Shown piece by piece: positions 19,733 to 30,249 of a DNA stretch of 64,000 nucleotides (position 1 is its first letter; every line of letters starts with the position of its first letter). The translations under genes were made by a program, and so were the position numbers. Under the pieces are notes generated by a model. It was not told where the DNA came from. It did not search any database and saw nothing but the letters and a program-made list of their open reading frames with translations. The DNA is from Deltaproteobacteria bacterium (GTDB lineage Bacteria > Myxococcota_A > Polyangia > Polyangiales > Houyiibacteriaceae), in contig JAXMNT010000013.1 in assembly GCA_034670305.1 (NCBI GenBank), positions 87,878-151,877 on the forward strand. Direction: 5' to 3'.

Positions 19733-22700
19733 CTAGGAGGACGGCGGGGGGGGCGGGTCGCTCGTCTCGCGCATGAGCGACGCATCGGTGAACGCCCGGA
19801 ACCCATCGGCATCCCCGGCCTCTGCGGCCATGCGGGCCGCGTCCTCGTACTGAAGACGCGCTTCGGTGGAGCGGCGCATCGCCTCGTACACCCGGCCCAG
19901 GTTGGCCGCGGCACGCGCTTCGAGCGCGGGCGCGTCGGCGTCTTCCGCAAGCTTGCGCGCGCCCTTCGCGTGCTCCTCCGCCGCCTCGAAGTCGCCGGTG
20001 ACTTCGAGGGCGTGGGCCAGGCGCAGCTGGCTCGTCGCGCGGACGAGCGACGACGCACCCATCTCCGTCTGGACTTCGAGGGCCCGTCGGAAGGCGTTGG
20101 ACGCCGCGGTGGCATCTCCGCCCTGCAGGCGGAGGTCCCCGAGCGCGACCTGAAGCGCGCCCTCGACCTCCGGCTCGACGCCAGCGCAGATCTCCAGCGC
20201 CTGCCCGTAGTGGCGCATCGCGTCCCGGTTTCGATCCCGCAGGCTCGCGATGGTGCCCAGCACCAAGTGCATGCGGGCCCGCGCCGAATCGTACGGATTG
20301 GTCAGGTCGAGCACCTCGCGCACCACTCCGTCCGCGTGCGCGAGCTCGCCGGTCTTCGCGAGCGCGAGCCCGAGCTTCCGGCTGAAGGTCACCGTGGCGG
20401 TGTCCATGACGGTGTCGCCGCTCTCGAGGGTCTCGCGACGCGCCAGTTCGACCGCCCGCTGAAAAGCGAGGACCGCGGTCGCGGGATCGCCGCGCGTCAT
20501 GGCGACGTCGCCCATGCGCTCGAGCGTCATCAGCGTGCGCATCGGTTCGTCCGCGCGGTACGCGTGTTCCGCGCGGACTTCGAGCGGCGCGCTGCGCTCG
20601 GAGTACGCCGCGAGGATCTTGGTGTGGAGATCTTTTCGAGCCGCCGCTGGAATGAAGGCCTCCACCAACTCGGCGACGAAGCGGTGCCCCGCTTCGATCG
20701 TGGTCCCGGTGATCTGGACCAGGTTCGACTCGCGCAACTCTTCCAGCCCCTCGACGTCGCGCGCCGCAGCGACTTCGCGGAAGAGGCCGAGATCGCAGCG
20801 ACCGCCGAAGGCGGAGATGACCTGGAGCGCGCGCTGCGCCCGCAACGTGAGCCGCTCGACCCGCTGCGCGACGGCATCGGCCAGACGTGGCGGGAGGGTG
20901 GGATCCAGCGTCAGCGTGTCGTGTTCGCGGATCTGATCCAGGTAGAGCGGGAGGAGCCGACGGCCGACGGCCTCCGGGGCGCCTTCGACCGGAGGTTCAC
21001 CGAGGACCTCCGACGCCTGTTCGAGCGTGAGTCCGAGAAGTGCGACCTGGTCGGTGACGTCGGTGTGGCCGTGTAGATCCGCCGTCAACAGAAGCACGGA
21101 GTCCCGGTCGAGCGCATCGGGGAGCCGGTCGATCACCTCGCGGGTGAGGCCGTCGCACCGGGAGTAGTCGTCGATCATCAACACGACCCGCTCGACCTGT
21201 TCGCGGCTGCTCGCGATGCGCACCGCGGTGGCGAGCGCTTCACACACGGCGCCGGCGCGCGAAGGGTGTTCGCTGCCGATGAGCCCCTTCGGCTCGCCGA
21301 GTTCACTGAGCCCCGCCCGCGTCATCGGATCCGCGAACATGCCCGCGTCGCGCGCGACCGCGGAGAGTTCGTCCTCCGCGACCTGGAGCAGGCCCGCGAC
21401 GATGGTGCGAATCGGTGTGTAGGGAACCGGCGCGTAGAACGGAAGCGGCCCGGCGCCCGCCACGAGGTCCCCCGCCTCCGCAAACCGGCCCGCGGCTTCG
21501 TGCATCAAGCGCGTCTTGCCGACGCCGTGTTCGCCCACGATCTCGGCTCGGAGGAAACGTCCGGTGGCCTCGCGGCGGAGCGCGTCGAGACGGGCGAGTT
21601 CTTCGTCGCGTCCCACCAAGGGACCCCGGTCATCGGTCGGTGGGTAGAAGGATCGGATCGGCTTCTTCGGTGTCGGCGAAGTCGGACGCCGAGAGTCGTC
21701 TCCGATGCGCGTGCCGCAGGAACCGCAGAACTTCATGTTCGTGGGGTTCGTCGCACTGCAGGCGGGACAGGTCCGGGTCGTGCCGTCGCGGTTGGCGGCG
21801 AGCGCGTCCGCAGCCCGGCGCAGCTCCGCGGCCATCTCGGCGGCGGATTGGTATCGATCGTCGGCGCGTTTCGCGAGCGCCTTGATCGCGATGTCCGCCA
21901 AGACGTCCGGAACGCCGCGGTGCGGCGCGGTGACGCGGGGATCCGGAATCGGGTCGTTGATGTGCCGGAGCACGACCTTGGTCGGCGTCTCCGCTTCAAA
22001 GGGCAGCTCGTCCGTGAGCAGCTCGTAGAGCACGACGCCGACCGCGTAGAGATCGCCGCGGCCGTCGATGGTCTCGCCTTTGCCCTGCTCCGGCGACATG
22101 TAGTCGGGCGTGCCACACACGAGCCCGGGGCGGGTGATCGAGGTCCCGCCACCGCCCACGATGGTGGCCAGGCCGAAGTCCACCACCTTCACCAGGTCTT
22201 GCCCGGTGCGGAGCTTGCGAACGATGACGTTCTCGGGCTTCAGGTCTCGGTGAACGATGTCGAGCGCGTGCGCTTCGCCAAGCGCGTCGAGCATGCCGAC
22301 CAGCACCGAGCAGATGCGGGGGAACGGGAGGGGCCCTTCCTCGTGCATCACCATCGCCAGGTCCTTGCCGCGCAAGAACTCCATCGCGAGGTACAGGATG
22401 CCGTCGTCGGTTCGGCCGAAGTCGATGACGCTGACGCTGTTGGGATGGTTCAGGCGGCTGGAGGCACGCGCTTCGGTGTAGAAGCGCGCCACGGTCTGTT
22501 CGTCGCCCAGCAGGTGGGGGTGAATGACCTTGATCGCGACGGTGCGCCCAAGCGTGGTCTGCTCGGCGCGGTAGACCCGCCCCATGCCGCCGACGCCGAC
22601 GATCTCCTGGAGCACGTAGTTGCCGCCGATGACCCGGCCGACGAGGGGGTCGGCGTTGCCCGAGGAGCCCTCGGAGAACAGAGCGGCGCCACAGGTGGCA

Positions 22701-22771
22701 CAGAAGCGGTCGTCGGACTGCGCCGCCGCCCCGCACTGATGGCAAACTCGCACGGCCGGAGAATACCCCAA
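19733..22771 (-). CDS. Zinc ribbon / Ser-Thr kinase / zinc ribbon / AAA ATPase / TPR multidomain protein
   Basis: CHQC..CATC; GVGGMG, HRDLKPEN, DFG, GTPDYMSPE; CPAC..CGSC; LVGR..E..GEHGVGKT; TPR-like C-terminus. Confidence 0.9.
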   Translation of the reverse strand: MGYSPAVRVCHQCGAAAQSDDRFCATCGAALFSEGSSGNADPLVGRVIGGNYVLQEIVGVGGMGRVYRAEQTTLGRTVAIKVIHPHLLGDEQTVARFYTEARASSRLNHPNSVSVIDFGRTDDGILYLAMEFLRGKDLAMVMHEEGPLPFPRICSVLVGMLDALGEAHALDIVHRDLKPENVIVRKLRTGQDLVKVVDFGLATIVGGGGTSITRPGLVCGTPDYMSPEQGKGETIDGRGDLYAVGVVLYELLTDELPFEAETPTKVVLRHINDPIPDPRVTAPHRGVPDVLADIAIKALAKRADDRYQSAAEMAAELRRAADALAANRDGTTRTCPACSATNPTNMKFCGSCGTRIGDDSRRPTSPTPKKPIRSFYPPTDDRGPLVGRDEELARLDALRREATGRFLRAEIVGEHGVGKTRLMHEAAGRFAEAGDLVAGAGPLPFYAPVPYTPIRTIVAGLLQVAEDELSAVARDAGMFADPMTRAGLSELGEPKGLIGSEHPSRAGAVCEALATAVRIASSREQVERVVLMIDDYSRCDGLTREVIDRLPDALDRDSVLLLTADLHGHTDVTDQVALLGLTLEQASEVLGEPPVEGAPEAVGRRLLPLYLDQIREHDTLTLDPTLPPRLADAVAQRVERLTLRAQRALQVISAFGGRCDLGLFREVAAARDVEGLEELRESNLVQITGTTIEAGHRFVAELVEAFIPAAARKDLHTKILAAYSERSAPLEVRAEHAYRADEPMRTLMTLERMGDVAMTRGDPATAVLAFQRAVELARRETLESGDTVMDTATVTFSRKLGLALAKTGELAHADGVVREVLDLTNPYDSARARMHLVLGTIASLRDRNRDAMRHYGQALEICAGVEPEVEGALQVALGDLRLQGGDATAASNAFRRALEVQTEMGASSLVRATSQLRLAHALEVTGDFEAAEEHAKGARKLAEDADAPALEARAAANLGRVYEAMRRSTEARLQYEDAARMAAEAGDADGFRAFTDASLMRETSDPPPPPSS

Positions 22772-22837
22772 GAAGTCCGCGGGGGTAGGATGAGTTCCGT
22801 CGGTGGTCGTGCCTGCGTTCAGGGACGCCCCAGACCC

Positions 22838-24427
22838 CTACGGCCGGCCCACCCGTCGGGCGATTTGCGGGCCCAACCCCTCGAGCGCAGCGCCCCGGGC
22901 AGACGCCACCACCCGGCCCTCCGAAATCAGAAACGCCGCGGGCACCGGAGGCGCGCCAAACGCCGGTGGGGGCGTGGGGTCGAGGCGCAGATCGAAGGGC
23001 AAAGGGGTCGGCTGCGCCGCCAGGAACGCGTCCAGCGCCGACCGATCTTCGTCTACGGCGACGGCCACGATCCGCAGGCCCTCTCCGTGTTGCACCTGCA
23101 GTGCACGCATCACGTCGAGTTCTTCCCGGCACGGTGCACACCAGGATGCCCAGAACACGAGCAGCGTCGGGGTCTCTCCGTCGTGGACCGGGGCTTCGCC
23201 CCCCGACACGCGCACCGGTGCGTAGGTGGGGAGGTCGTCGCCGAGCCGAATCCGGTTCGGCGGCGCTTGCGGGCTGGGGGCGGGTTGGGGGTCCCCGAGT
23301 GCCGAGAGCCGCTGCCGCGTGACCCGCAGCCGGCCATGGGAGACCATGGCGACATACGCCACGCCATCGCGAACCCGGAGGTCCACGTGGACCGCACCGG
23401 TGGACCGGAGCACCGGCTTCGGGTCGGTCCGTTCGCCAGTCTCCGTCACGAGTTGGAGGACCCATCGCCGCCCGTCGGGCCGCAGCACCACTGCGTTCCC
23501 CGCGTCGGCGAGCTTGACCGAGAGGCGCGGATCGGAGTCGTGGGCCAGGTGGATCGGCGCCGCGAAGATTGGCGCGGCGGACGCCGGGTGGGTGCCGAAC
23601 GCGAGTTGCAGTGTGTGCCCCTGCTCGCTCCCGACCGCTGTGGACCAGCCCACCACCGTCTTCGATCCGCCTTCGCCCAGCAACGCGTCCACGCTCGGAC
23701 CCGGTTGCACCGGGTCCCCGAACGCACAGGGCGGTCGCTGCCATCCGTCCTGCGCAACGTGCCCGCGTTGGTCGAACGCCGTCGAGTCGCGGGCGGCGGA
23801 GAGCCAGCTCAGATCGTGGATCTCCATCGGGTCCCGGTCTCGGTAGACAAGCAGGGGCGGGCCCGATCGGGTGGCCGCCAAACCACTGCACAGGTCCAGC
23901 CGGTCGTCCGGGTCGTTCAGAGCGCGCCCCACCTGCGGGTCTCGCGTCAACAGCATGGGTGCCATGCCGGCGAACTGTCCGATCCATGCGGCAAAGACAT
24001 CTCCACCGCGGCGTCCCCAAGCGACCTGCTCGGTGCTGCGTGCACCATCCAGAACCACCGACGAGCCGAAGGTGTCGCCCCGCCGCACGTACACGCCGAC
24101 CACTTCGCCATCGTCCACCACCGCGTACAGCTGCGAGCCGCGCTGAATCATCGGGACCGGACCCCGCGCCTGCCGAGCGACGCGTGTGGGCGTGGTCCAG
24201 CCCGCTTCCTGATGCCGGATCATCCACGCCCCACCGCCTTGCAGGTACGACAGCCCCATCTCAGCGCCTTCGAACTCGATCCACCGAGGATGGGAGAGTT
24301 CGCCTTCGCCCGAAGCCGGCGGGTCGAACTCCTCGAAGGGCGGCGGGGCAGGCGCTTCTTCGTCGCCGCCGCATCCGAGCGTCATGCAAAGCGTCCAAAC
24401 CATCATCGAGAGCCGGCGCACGATCAT
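22838..24427 (-). CDS. Lipoprotein with C-terminal TlpA/thioredoxin domain
   Basis: Lipobox TLGC; FWASWCAPCREE. Confidence 0.8.
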   Translation of the reverse strand: MIVRRLSMMVWTLCMTLGCGGDEEAPAPPPFEEFDPPASGEGELSHPRWIEFEGAEMGLSYLQGGGAWMIRHQEAGWTTPTRVARQARGPVPMIQRGSQLYAVVDDGEVVGVYVRRGDTFGSSVVLDGARSTEQVAWGRRGGDVFAAWIGQFAGMAPMLLTRDPQVGRALNDPDDRLDLCSGLAATRSGPPLLVYRDRDPMEIHDLSWLSAARDSTAFDQRGHVAQDGWQRPPCAFGDPVQPGPSVDALLGEGGSKTVVGWSTAVGSEQGHTLQLAFGTHPASAAPIFAAPIHLAHDSDPRLSVKLADAGNAVVLRPDGRRWVLQLVTETGERTDPKPVLRSTGAVHVDLRVRDGVAYVAMVSHGRLRVTRQRLSALGDPQPAPSPQAPPNRIRLGDDLPTYAPVRVSGGEAPVHDGETPTLLVFWASWCAPCREELDVMRALQVQHGEGLRIVAVAVDEDRSALDAFLAAQPTPLPFDLRLDPTPPPAFGAPPVPAAFLISEGRVVASARGAALEGLGPQIARRVGRP

Positions 24428-24475
24428 GAAGGGCTGCGTACCACGCGATCACCGTGGCGGCGACTCGGCCGGGGC

Positions 24476-26602
24476 TCAGCTTCGGCGGGAGAGGAACCCT
24501 GCGAGGCCGCTCGACCGCTCGACCGTGTGGGTGATGCCGTGTCGGATCAGCGCTTCGGAGCCGACCAGCGTCACCGAACGACGGGCGCGGGTGATCGCCG
24601 TGTAGAGGATCTCGCGGGTCAGGAGCGGAATGGGCTCGCTCGGGAGCAGCACCGCCACCGCGTCGAACTCCGAGCCCTGCGCCTTGTGGATTGTGAGCGC
24701 GTGGGCGAGCTCGATCCGTTGACCGAGGGCCGCCACGGCGAACACCAGAAAGCGGCCGCCGCGCCGGAACACCGCGCAGCGCTCGGAGCCGCTGTGTCCG
24801 TCGCGATCCACCCAGACGACGATGCCCTGGTCTCCGTTGAAGAGCCCGCGGCCGTAGTCGTTGCGGGTCACGAGCACCGGCTCGCCCACGCCGATGCGCA
24901 CGTGGGCGGGCGCACCCTGCCGCTCGAGGTGGGTGCGGTGGAAGGTCGCGTTGACCGCGTCGGTGCCCGTGCTGCGCCCGCGGGTGAGGCAGAGCACCCG
25001 CCGCCGCGAGGCGTGTTCGAACGATCGATCGAGCCGAGCGCGCGCTTCGGCGTCGAAACCTTCGTCTGGGCGCCAACGGAGGCCGCGGCGAAAACTCTCG
25101 ATCGCCTCGTCGCTCGTGCCTCGGGACCACCCAGCGAGGAACGAATCGAGTTCGCCGGACCAGCGAACGACGCCGAGTGGGGGCACGGAAGCGGGAGCGG
25201 GCGCGGAAGCGGCAGCGGCAGCGGAAGCGGGAGCGGAATCCGAATCCGAAGCCGAATCCGAAGCCGAATCCGAAGCCGAAGCCGAATCCGAATCCGAAGC
25301 CGAATCCGAAGCCGAATCCGAAGCCGAAGCCGATGCCGAAGGCGAAGCCGAAGCCGAAGCCGAGGCCGAAGCCGATGCCGATGCCGATGCCGGTGCCGAG
25401 GCCAGGAGGGTATGGAGGGCTTCGTCGGCGTCGCCTCGGTCGATGGCGCGGGCGACGGTGAGGACGTGGCTGCCGGCGGGGTCGGAGGGGTCCATGCGGA
25501 AGCTCTCGGTCAGGCGGGCGACGCGGGGGGTGTCGGCGAGCACGTCGCAGAGGTCGCGGAAGGCGGCGCCGGCGTCGACGCTTGGGAGCTGTTGCGCGTC
25601 GCCCAGGAGGACGAGTCGCGCGTCTTCGGGCAACGCGCGCAGGAGGCGGTCGAGCATGGCCACGTCGATCATCGAACTCTCGTCGACGATCACCACGCGC
25701 TCCGAGAGCGGGTTGCGTTCGTGGTGACGGAAGCGTTGGGTGCTGGGGATGTAGCCGAGCAACCGGTGCAGCGTGCGGGCGGACCAGGCGCGGTCGGCGA
25801 CGCCCTCCCCGAAGCTCACGCCGGCGGATTCGATCGACTCGCGCATCCGGTCGGCGGCTTTTCCGGTTGGTGCGGTCAACGCGATGTCGCTCTGCGCGAC
25901 GCCGGCGGCGACGAGCACGCGCAGGATCGCGACCACGATCGAGGTCTTGCCCGAGCCGGGTTCGCCGCTGACCAAGGTGAGTCGGCCCGTACACGCCCGC
26001 TCCACCGCGGCGCGCTGTGCCTCCGAGAGCGCGTGCCCGCCGGCCGAGTCGAGGGTGCGCAAGGCGTCGGCGAGCCCAGGGAGTGGCGCATCGACCAGGC
26101 GCGACTCGACGTCCCGCGCCACCCGCGTCTCGAGCGCGTGGAGGCGCTGCGCGTACAGGTGGTCGTCCTCCACCAGCAATGGACGGTAGGCCCCGGGCCG
26201 GCCGATTGCAGGCGCGAACCGTTCCGGATCCGTGGCGACTTTCTCCGCCAGCGCTTCGAGCTCGAGCGGCAACTGAAGGTCTTCGAGATGCCGCCGCAAC
26301 GCGGGCCCTCGAAGCGGAAGTCGGGTCGACCCTCGGGCATGGGCGAGCCGGGCCGCAGTGACCAAACCTGCGAACTGCACCCGGTCGATCGACGCCGGGA
26401 GGAGACGCGCGAGCTCGACCCCGAGCGCCAGGTCCGCCTCGTCCAGATCCATGGACTGCGCCGCGAGCACGACCGCCTTGTCGAGCATCGGCCCTTCGAT
26501 GGCGGCCACGCCCGCGCCGCGCGGATCGGTCCAGTCTCGGGCTTCGTCGAGGCGATCGCCGTCGTCCAAGTCGGCGCCGCGCGCCTTGGGATCCGCCGTC
26601 AT
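24476..26602 (-). CDS. recD: Exodeoxyribonuclease V alpha subunit, with low-complexity insertion
   Basis: [67 protein letters not shown] overlap with recB. Confidence 0.93.
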   Translation of the reverse strand: MTADPKARGADLDDGDRLDEARDWTDPRGAGVAAIEGPMLDKAVVLAAQSMDLDEADLALGVELARLLPASIDRVQFAGLVTAARLAHARGSTRLPLRGPALRRHLEDLQLPLELEALAEKVATDPERFAPAIGRPGAYRPLLVEDDHLYAQRLHALETRVARDVESRLVDAPLPGLADALRTLDSAGGHALSEAQRAAVERACTGRLTLVSGEPGSGKTSIVVAILRVLVAAGVAQSDIALTAPTGKAADRMRESIESAGVSFGEGVADRAWSARTLHRLLGYIPSTQRFRHHERNPLSERVVIVDESSMIDVAMLDRLLRALPEDARLVLLGDAQQLPSVDAGAAFRDLCDVLADTPRVARLTESFRMDPSDPAGSHVLTVARAIDRGDADEALHTLLASAPASASASASASASASASPSASASASDSASDSASDSDSASASDSASDSASDSDSAPASAAAAASAPAPASVPPLGVVRWSGELDSFLAGWSRGTSDEAIESFRRGLRWRPDEGFDAEARARLDRSFEHASRRRVLCLTRGRSTGTDAVNATFHRTHLERQGAPAHVRIGVGEPVLVTRNDYGRGLFNGDQGIVVWVDRDGHSGSERCAVFRRGGRFLVFAVAALGQRIELAHALTIHKAQGSEFDAVAVLLPSEPIPLLTREILYTAITRARRSVTLVGSEALIRHGITHTVERSSGLAGFLSRRS
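25186..25403. repeat. Bipartite hexamer tract inside recD
   Basis: (GCGGDA)n followed by (KCCGAA)n; encodes ASAS/DSAS in frame. Confidence 0.9.
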
Positions 26603-29600
26603 CGCGGCACCTCTTCGAGTGCGCCCGGCACCTCGAGCGGATAGCCCCACGGCGCGTCGGACTCTCGGAGTTCCCGCTCCCAGTCCACCACCTCGCTCCA
26701 CGTCGGTCGGCGCGCCACGATGCCGGAGTGGGCGCCTGGCGGCGCATCCATGCCGCGCAAGAACGCGTACACCAGCCCGCCGAAGCGCTGCTCGTACGCC
26801 GCCTCGCTGTCGATGCGCAGCCAACGAAGCACGCCGAGCGTGTAGAGCCTCGCCTGCACGGCGTAGTTGGCGTCGACGTGGGCATCGAGGGACGCCGCAT
26901 CGAAACGTGGCAGCCGGTCACTCTTCCAGTCGAGCCAGTAGTAGCGCTCACCGGTTCGGAAAATCGCGTCGACGAACCCGCGGATGACACCGCGTCCGAT
27001 CCGGTACGACATTCCGGGCGCTGCAGCGTCGGCCGATGTCCGAAGTCGCGGGTGCCAGGGTTCGGGCACAGGAAAGTGGAAGCTCATCTCCTTCACCACC
27101 GCGTCCAGCGACGCGAACCCGCCCGGCAGCACCACGGGCCCCTCGTGCACCGGCCGGCGCATCGATCCGAAGATCAGCGACTTGGCCGCGACCATGTGCT
27201 CCGCGTCGATCTTCTCTCGGTTCGCGTGGTGGGCGAATGTGCGCTCGACCTCGGGCCGCCCTCCCCAAGACTCCAGGTCGACCGCCTCGCGCAGGGTCCG
27301 GAAGCTGAGGTCCTCGAGCACCCCGTGCAGGAACACGCCCATGCTCGGGCCGCCAGGCAACTCGATGGCCGCGTCCTCCGTTTCCAGCAGCGCAGGTTCG
27401 ACGAGGTCCATCCGGTCGAGCGCGTCGTCGACGTCTTCGGCGAGCGGCGCCACGTACCCACCACCCCGCGACTTGAGGCGGCTGTAAGAGGTCAGCACGA
27501 ACCCGGCGTGGTCGCGCCGCAGCGCGGCGAACTGCGCGTCGGCCTCAGGCGGTGGCTCGAACGCGACGTCGGGCGGCGCCTCGGGCATCGCGCCCGACGC
27601 GACCCGAGGGGCGTCGCGCACCACGACCGGCTCCCAGCGCACCGGCCGACCGGCCCCCTGCCAGATCGGGAGCAAGTCGCGCAGCCGTTGGTCGAGTTGC
27701 ACGAGCGGGCCGGTGAGTTTCTCGAACCCGGCGGTGCCCGCTGGAAGCTCGGCGCCACCTGGAGGTTCGCCGCAATAGGGGACGTAGAGGCGGGCGCGGG
27801 CGCGCGTGAGCGCCACGTAGAGCAGACGCTGATCCTCCTGCCGTGCCTCGGCTTCGATCAGCGTCGCGATCGACGAGGGCACCGGCTGCAGCCAGGCTTC
27901 GCGCTGGCCGTCTCGGTGACACACGCTGGGCTCGAGCGTGTCGCCGCCGCCGCCGCGGGTGAACCCGCCCGCGATGAACACCACCGCGGCTTCGAGTCCC
28001 TTCGACCGATGTTTCGTGAGCACCTGGACCGCCGTCCGTTCCCCGTCGACGCGCAGGCCGCCTTCGCCCGCCATCGGTGCAGCGCGTCCTTCGATGAACG
28101 CTTCGAGCCGTGCCACCAAATCGGCGGCGTCGGCGCGCCCGCCCGATTCTTCCAGCAACACCTCGAGCACCTGACGGTAGGTCGCGAGCGAACGCTCCGA
28201 GGACTGACAGAAGAGCAGCCGGCGCGAGAGCCCACTCTCCTCGAGCAGCGCGCTCAGCAGCGCGAACCCATCGCCCTTGCGCGCGTGTTCTCGAAGCGCG
28301 TGCAGCCGCGTGACCAGCGGGTGCTGTGGTCCCACCGCGGCGGCCGCTTCGAGCGACTCGAGCCCGACCCCGAAGAAGGGCGTGAGCCAGGCCCGCAGCC
28401 GCGCAGAGGCGTCGTCGGGCTGCGCGACCGCCCGCAGCACGTCGAGCACGTCGCGGACTTCGTCGGTCTCGAAGAGTCCGTCTTGCCGATGCACGACGTG
28501 CGGGATGCCGGCGCGCCCGAGCGCCGCTGCCACCGGCTCCGCCTCGCGCGCGTTGCGGGTGAGTACGAACACGTCGCCGAACGTGATCGGCCGCATCGCC
28601 CCTGGGCGTCCGATGAGCAGCGGCTCGTCGACGATCGCGCGGATCTCCGTGGCGATCCGTTCGGCCAAGCCCTCCCGCACGGTGCCGACCCGCGGCGCCT
28701 CTTCGGGCGCCACCGGAGTCCAGAGCACGAGCGGCGGCGCGTCGTTTCCGTGCGCGTCGACCAACCGTGCGTCGGGGTGGCCGCAATGCACCCGACGGCC
28801 GTGCTGGATCGGGCCTTCGAAGAAGTCGTTCTCGAACACGTCGTTGAGCAGTTCGAGGAGCGGCTCGGTCGAGCGAAAGCTGGTGTCGAGCACCACCGGC
28901 GGTCGGCCGGCCTGCAGGGTGTCGCAAGCGCCGCGGTAGGTGTGCACGTCGGCGTTGCGAAAGCCGTAGATGGCCTGTTTCGGATCTCCGATGACGAACA
29001 GCCGCCCGCTTCCGGAATGGTCCGGGCCCGCGCTCTCGGCGGCGACGCGCGGATCGACGAAGAGCCGATGAAAGATGTCCCACTGGACCGAGTCCGTGTC
29101 CTGGAACTCATCCACCAGCGCGTGGCGGTACTGCTGTCTCAGGGCCCGCACAAGCGGCGGACCGGTGCGTTCGTCCATCAACACGTCGCGCACGCGGACC
29201 AACATGTCGTCGAAGTCGATCTCCCCGCGCCGGCGCTTCTCGTGATCGAGGCGCGTGCGAACCCGCGGCAGGAGTTCGTGCACCAGCACCCCGAACGGCG
29301 AGGTCGAGGCGTCCAGCAGCGACGCCACCCGGCCATGGAGTTCGGGCAGCGGTTCGAGGCGCGCCGGCAACCAGCGGCGCGCCGGCTCACCCCGAACGGC
29401 GTCCGTGCGGCCCCAGCGGTCGAGCGCCACGAGCGCGTTCAGGTCGTTGGCGTCCTTCTCGAAGGCGCGCGCGATCTTCCGCAGGCCCTCGAGTTGGTCG
29501 AGCACCCGAGCGGCCACGTCGCGCCGCGCGATGACGTCGCGCACCGCCGCCTCGTCGTCGAGATCGGCGGCGCGCAGCGTGCGCAAGACCGAACCGAACC

Positions 29601-30249
29601 GCGCGCGGTCCCACGCCGGCTGTGCGATGCCGCGCTCCGTGTGCCAACCGAAGAGCGCCCCTTCGAGTCGGGTGCCGTCCATGTCTTCGAGCACCCGGGT
29701 CACGACCCGCCGCAGCGGAGAGTCGGCGGCAAGCACCACACGGAGTTCGTCGCGGAACGCGCGGCCGAACACCCGCCGCGGCTCCACGAGCACATGGCGG
29801 ATCGGTTGTCGGGTGCGGAGCGCGTGTTCGCTGAGTACCCGCTGGCAGAATCCGTGGATGGTGAAGAGCGGCGCGCGGTCGAACTCGAGCACCGCTTCGG
29901 TGAGTCGAACGCGGGCCTCTTCACTCAAGCCGGCACGACGCGCCACCCCCGCCAACGTCGTCCGCACCCGGCTGCGCATCTCGCGGGTCGCCTTCTCGGT
30001 GAACGTCACCACCAAGATCTCGTCGAGCGGAGTGCCGCCGAGCACCAAGTCCGCGACCAGATGCTGGAGCGCGAACGTCTTGCCGGTCCCCGCCGACGCT
30101 TCGATCACCACGTGGCCATCGACCGGAATGGCGTCGAGCACCGCGGGCCGTGCGAACGCGAGTGGCAACGCGCCGGGCGCGAAGACCGGCGCCATGGAGC
30201 GACCACGCTCGGACGCCGAATCCGTCGACTTCGGAGCGTCGTCGGTCAC
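26599..30249 (-). CDS. recB: Exodeoxyribonuclease V beta subunit
   Basis: IEASAGTGKT, VVTFTEKAT, TIHGFC, VDEFQDTD, IGDPKQAIYGFR, HRSKGLE, LYVALTRAR, nuclease GFVD..LDWKS..QARLY. Confidence 0.94.
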   Translation of the reverse strand: MTDDAPKSTDSASERGRSMAPVFAPGALPLAFARPAVLDAIPVDGHVVIEASAGTGKTFALQHLVADLVLGGTPLDEILVVTFTEKATREMRSRVRTTLAGVARRAGLSEEARVRLTEAVLEFDRAPLFTIHGFCQRVLSEHALRTRQPIRHVLVEPRRVFGRAFRDELRVVLAADSPLRRVVTRVLEDMDGTRLEGALFGWHTERGIAQPAWDRARFGSVLRTLRAADLDDEAAVRDVIARRDVAARVLDQLEGLRKIARAFEKDANDLNALVALDRWGRTDAVRGEPARRWLPARLEPLPELHGRVASLLDASTSPFGVLVHELLPRVRTRLDHEKRRRGEIDFDDMLVRVRDVLMDERTGPPLVRALRQQYRHALVDEFQDTDSVQWDIFHRLFVDPRVAAESAGPDHSGSGRLFVIGDPKQAIYGFRNADVHTYRGACDTLQAGRPPVVLDTSFRSTEPLLELLNDVFENDFFEGPIQHGRRVHCGHPDARLVDAHGNDAPPLVLWTPVAPEEAPRVGTVREGLAERIATEIRAIVDEPLLIGRPGAMRPITFGDVFVLTRNAREAEPVAAALGRAGIPHVVHRQDGLFETDEVRDVLDVLRAVAQPDDASARLRAWLTPFFGVGLESLEAAAAVGPQHPLVTRLHALREHARKGDGFALLSALLEESGLSRRLLFCQSSERSLATYRQVLEVLLEESGGRADAADLVARLEAFIEGRAAPMAGEGGLRVDGERTAVQVLTKHRSKGLEAAVVFIAGGFTRGGGGDTLEPSVCHRDGQREAWLQPVPSSIATLIEAEARQEDQRLLYVALTRARARLYVPYCGEPPGGAELPAGTAGFEKLTGPLVQLDQRLRDLLPIWQGAGRPVRWEPVVVRDAPRVASGAMPEAPPDVAFEPPPEADAQFAALRRDHAGFVLTSYSRLKSRGGGYVAPLAEDVDDALDRMDLVEPALLETEDAAIELPGGPSMGVFLHGVLEDLSFRTLREAVDLESWGGRPEVERTFAHHANREKIDAEHMVAAKSLIFGSMRRPVHEGPVVLPGGFASLDAVVKEMSFHFPVPEPWHPRLRTSADAAAPGMSYRIGRGVIRGFVDAIFRTGERYYWLDWKSDRLPRFDAASLDAHVDANYAVQARLYTLGVLRWLRIDSEAAYEQRFGGLVYAFLRGMDAPPGAHSGIVARRPTWSEVVDWERELRESDAPWGYPLEVPGALEEVPR

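Noticed and set aside
21266-26644. 1792-aa + strand ORF (likewise 30150-33977, 26728-30255 and 6680-9499)
   Set aside because: Antisense shadows of real genes in high-GC DNA; no motifs
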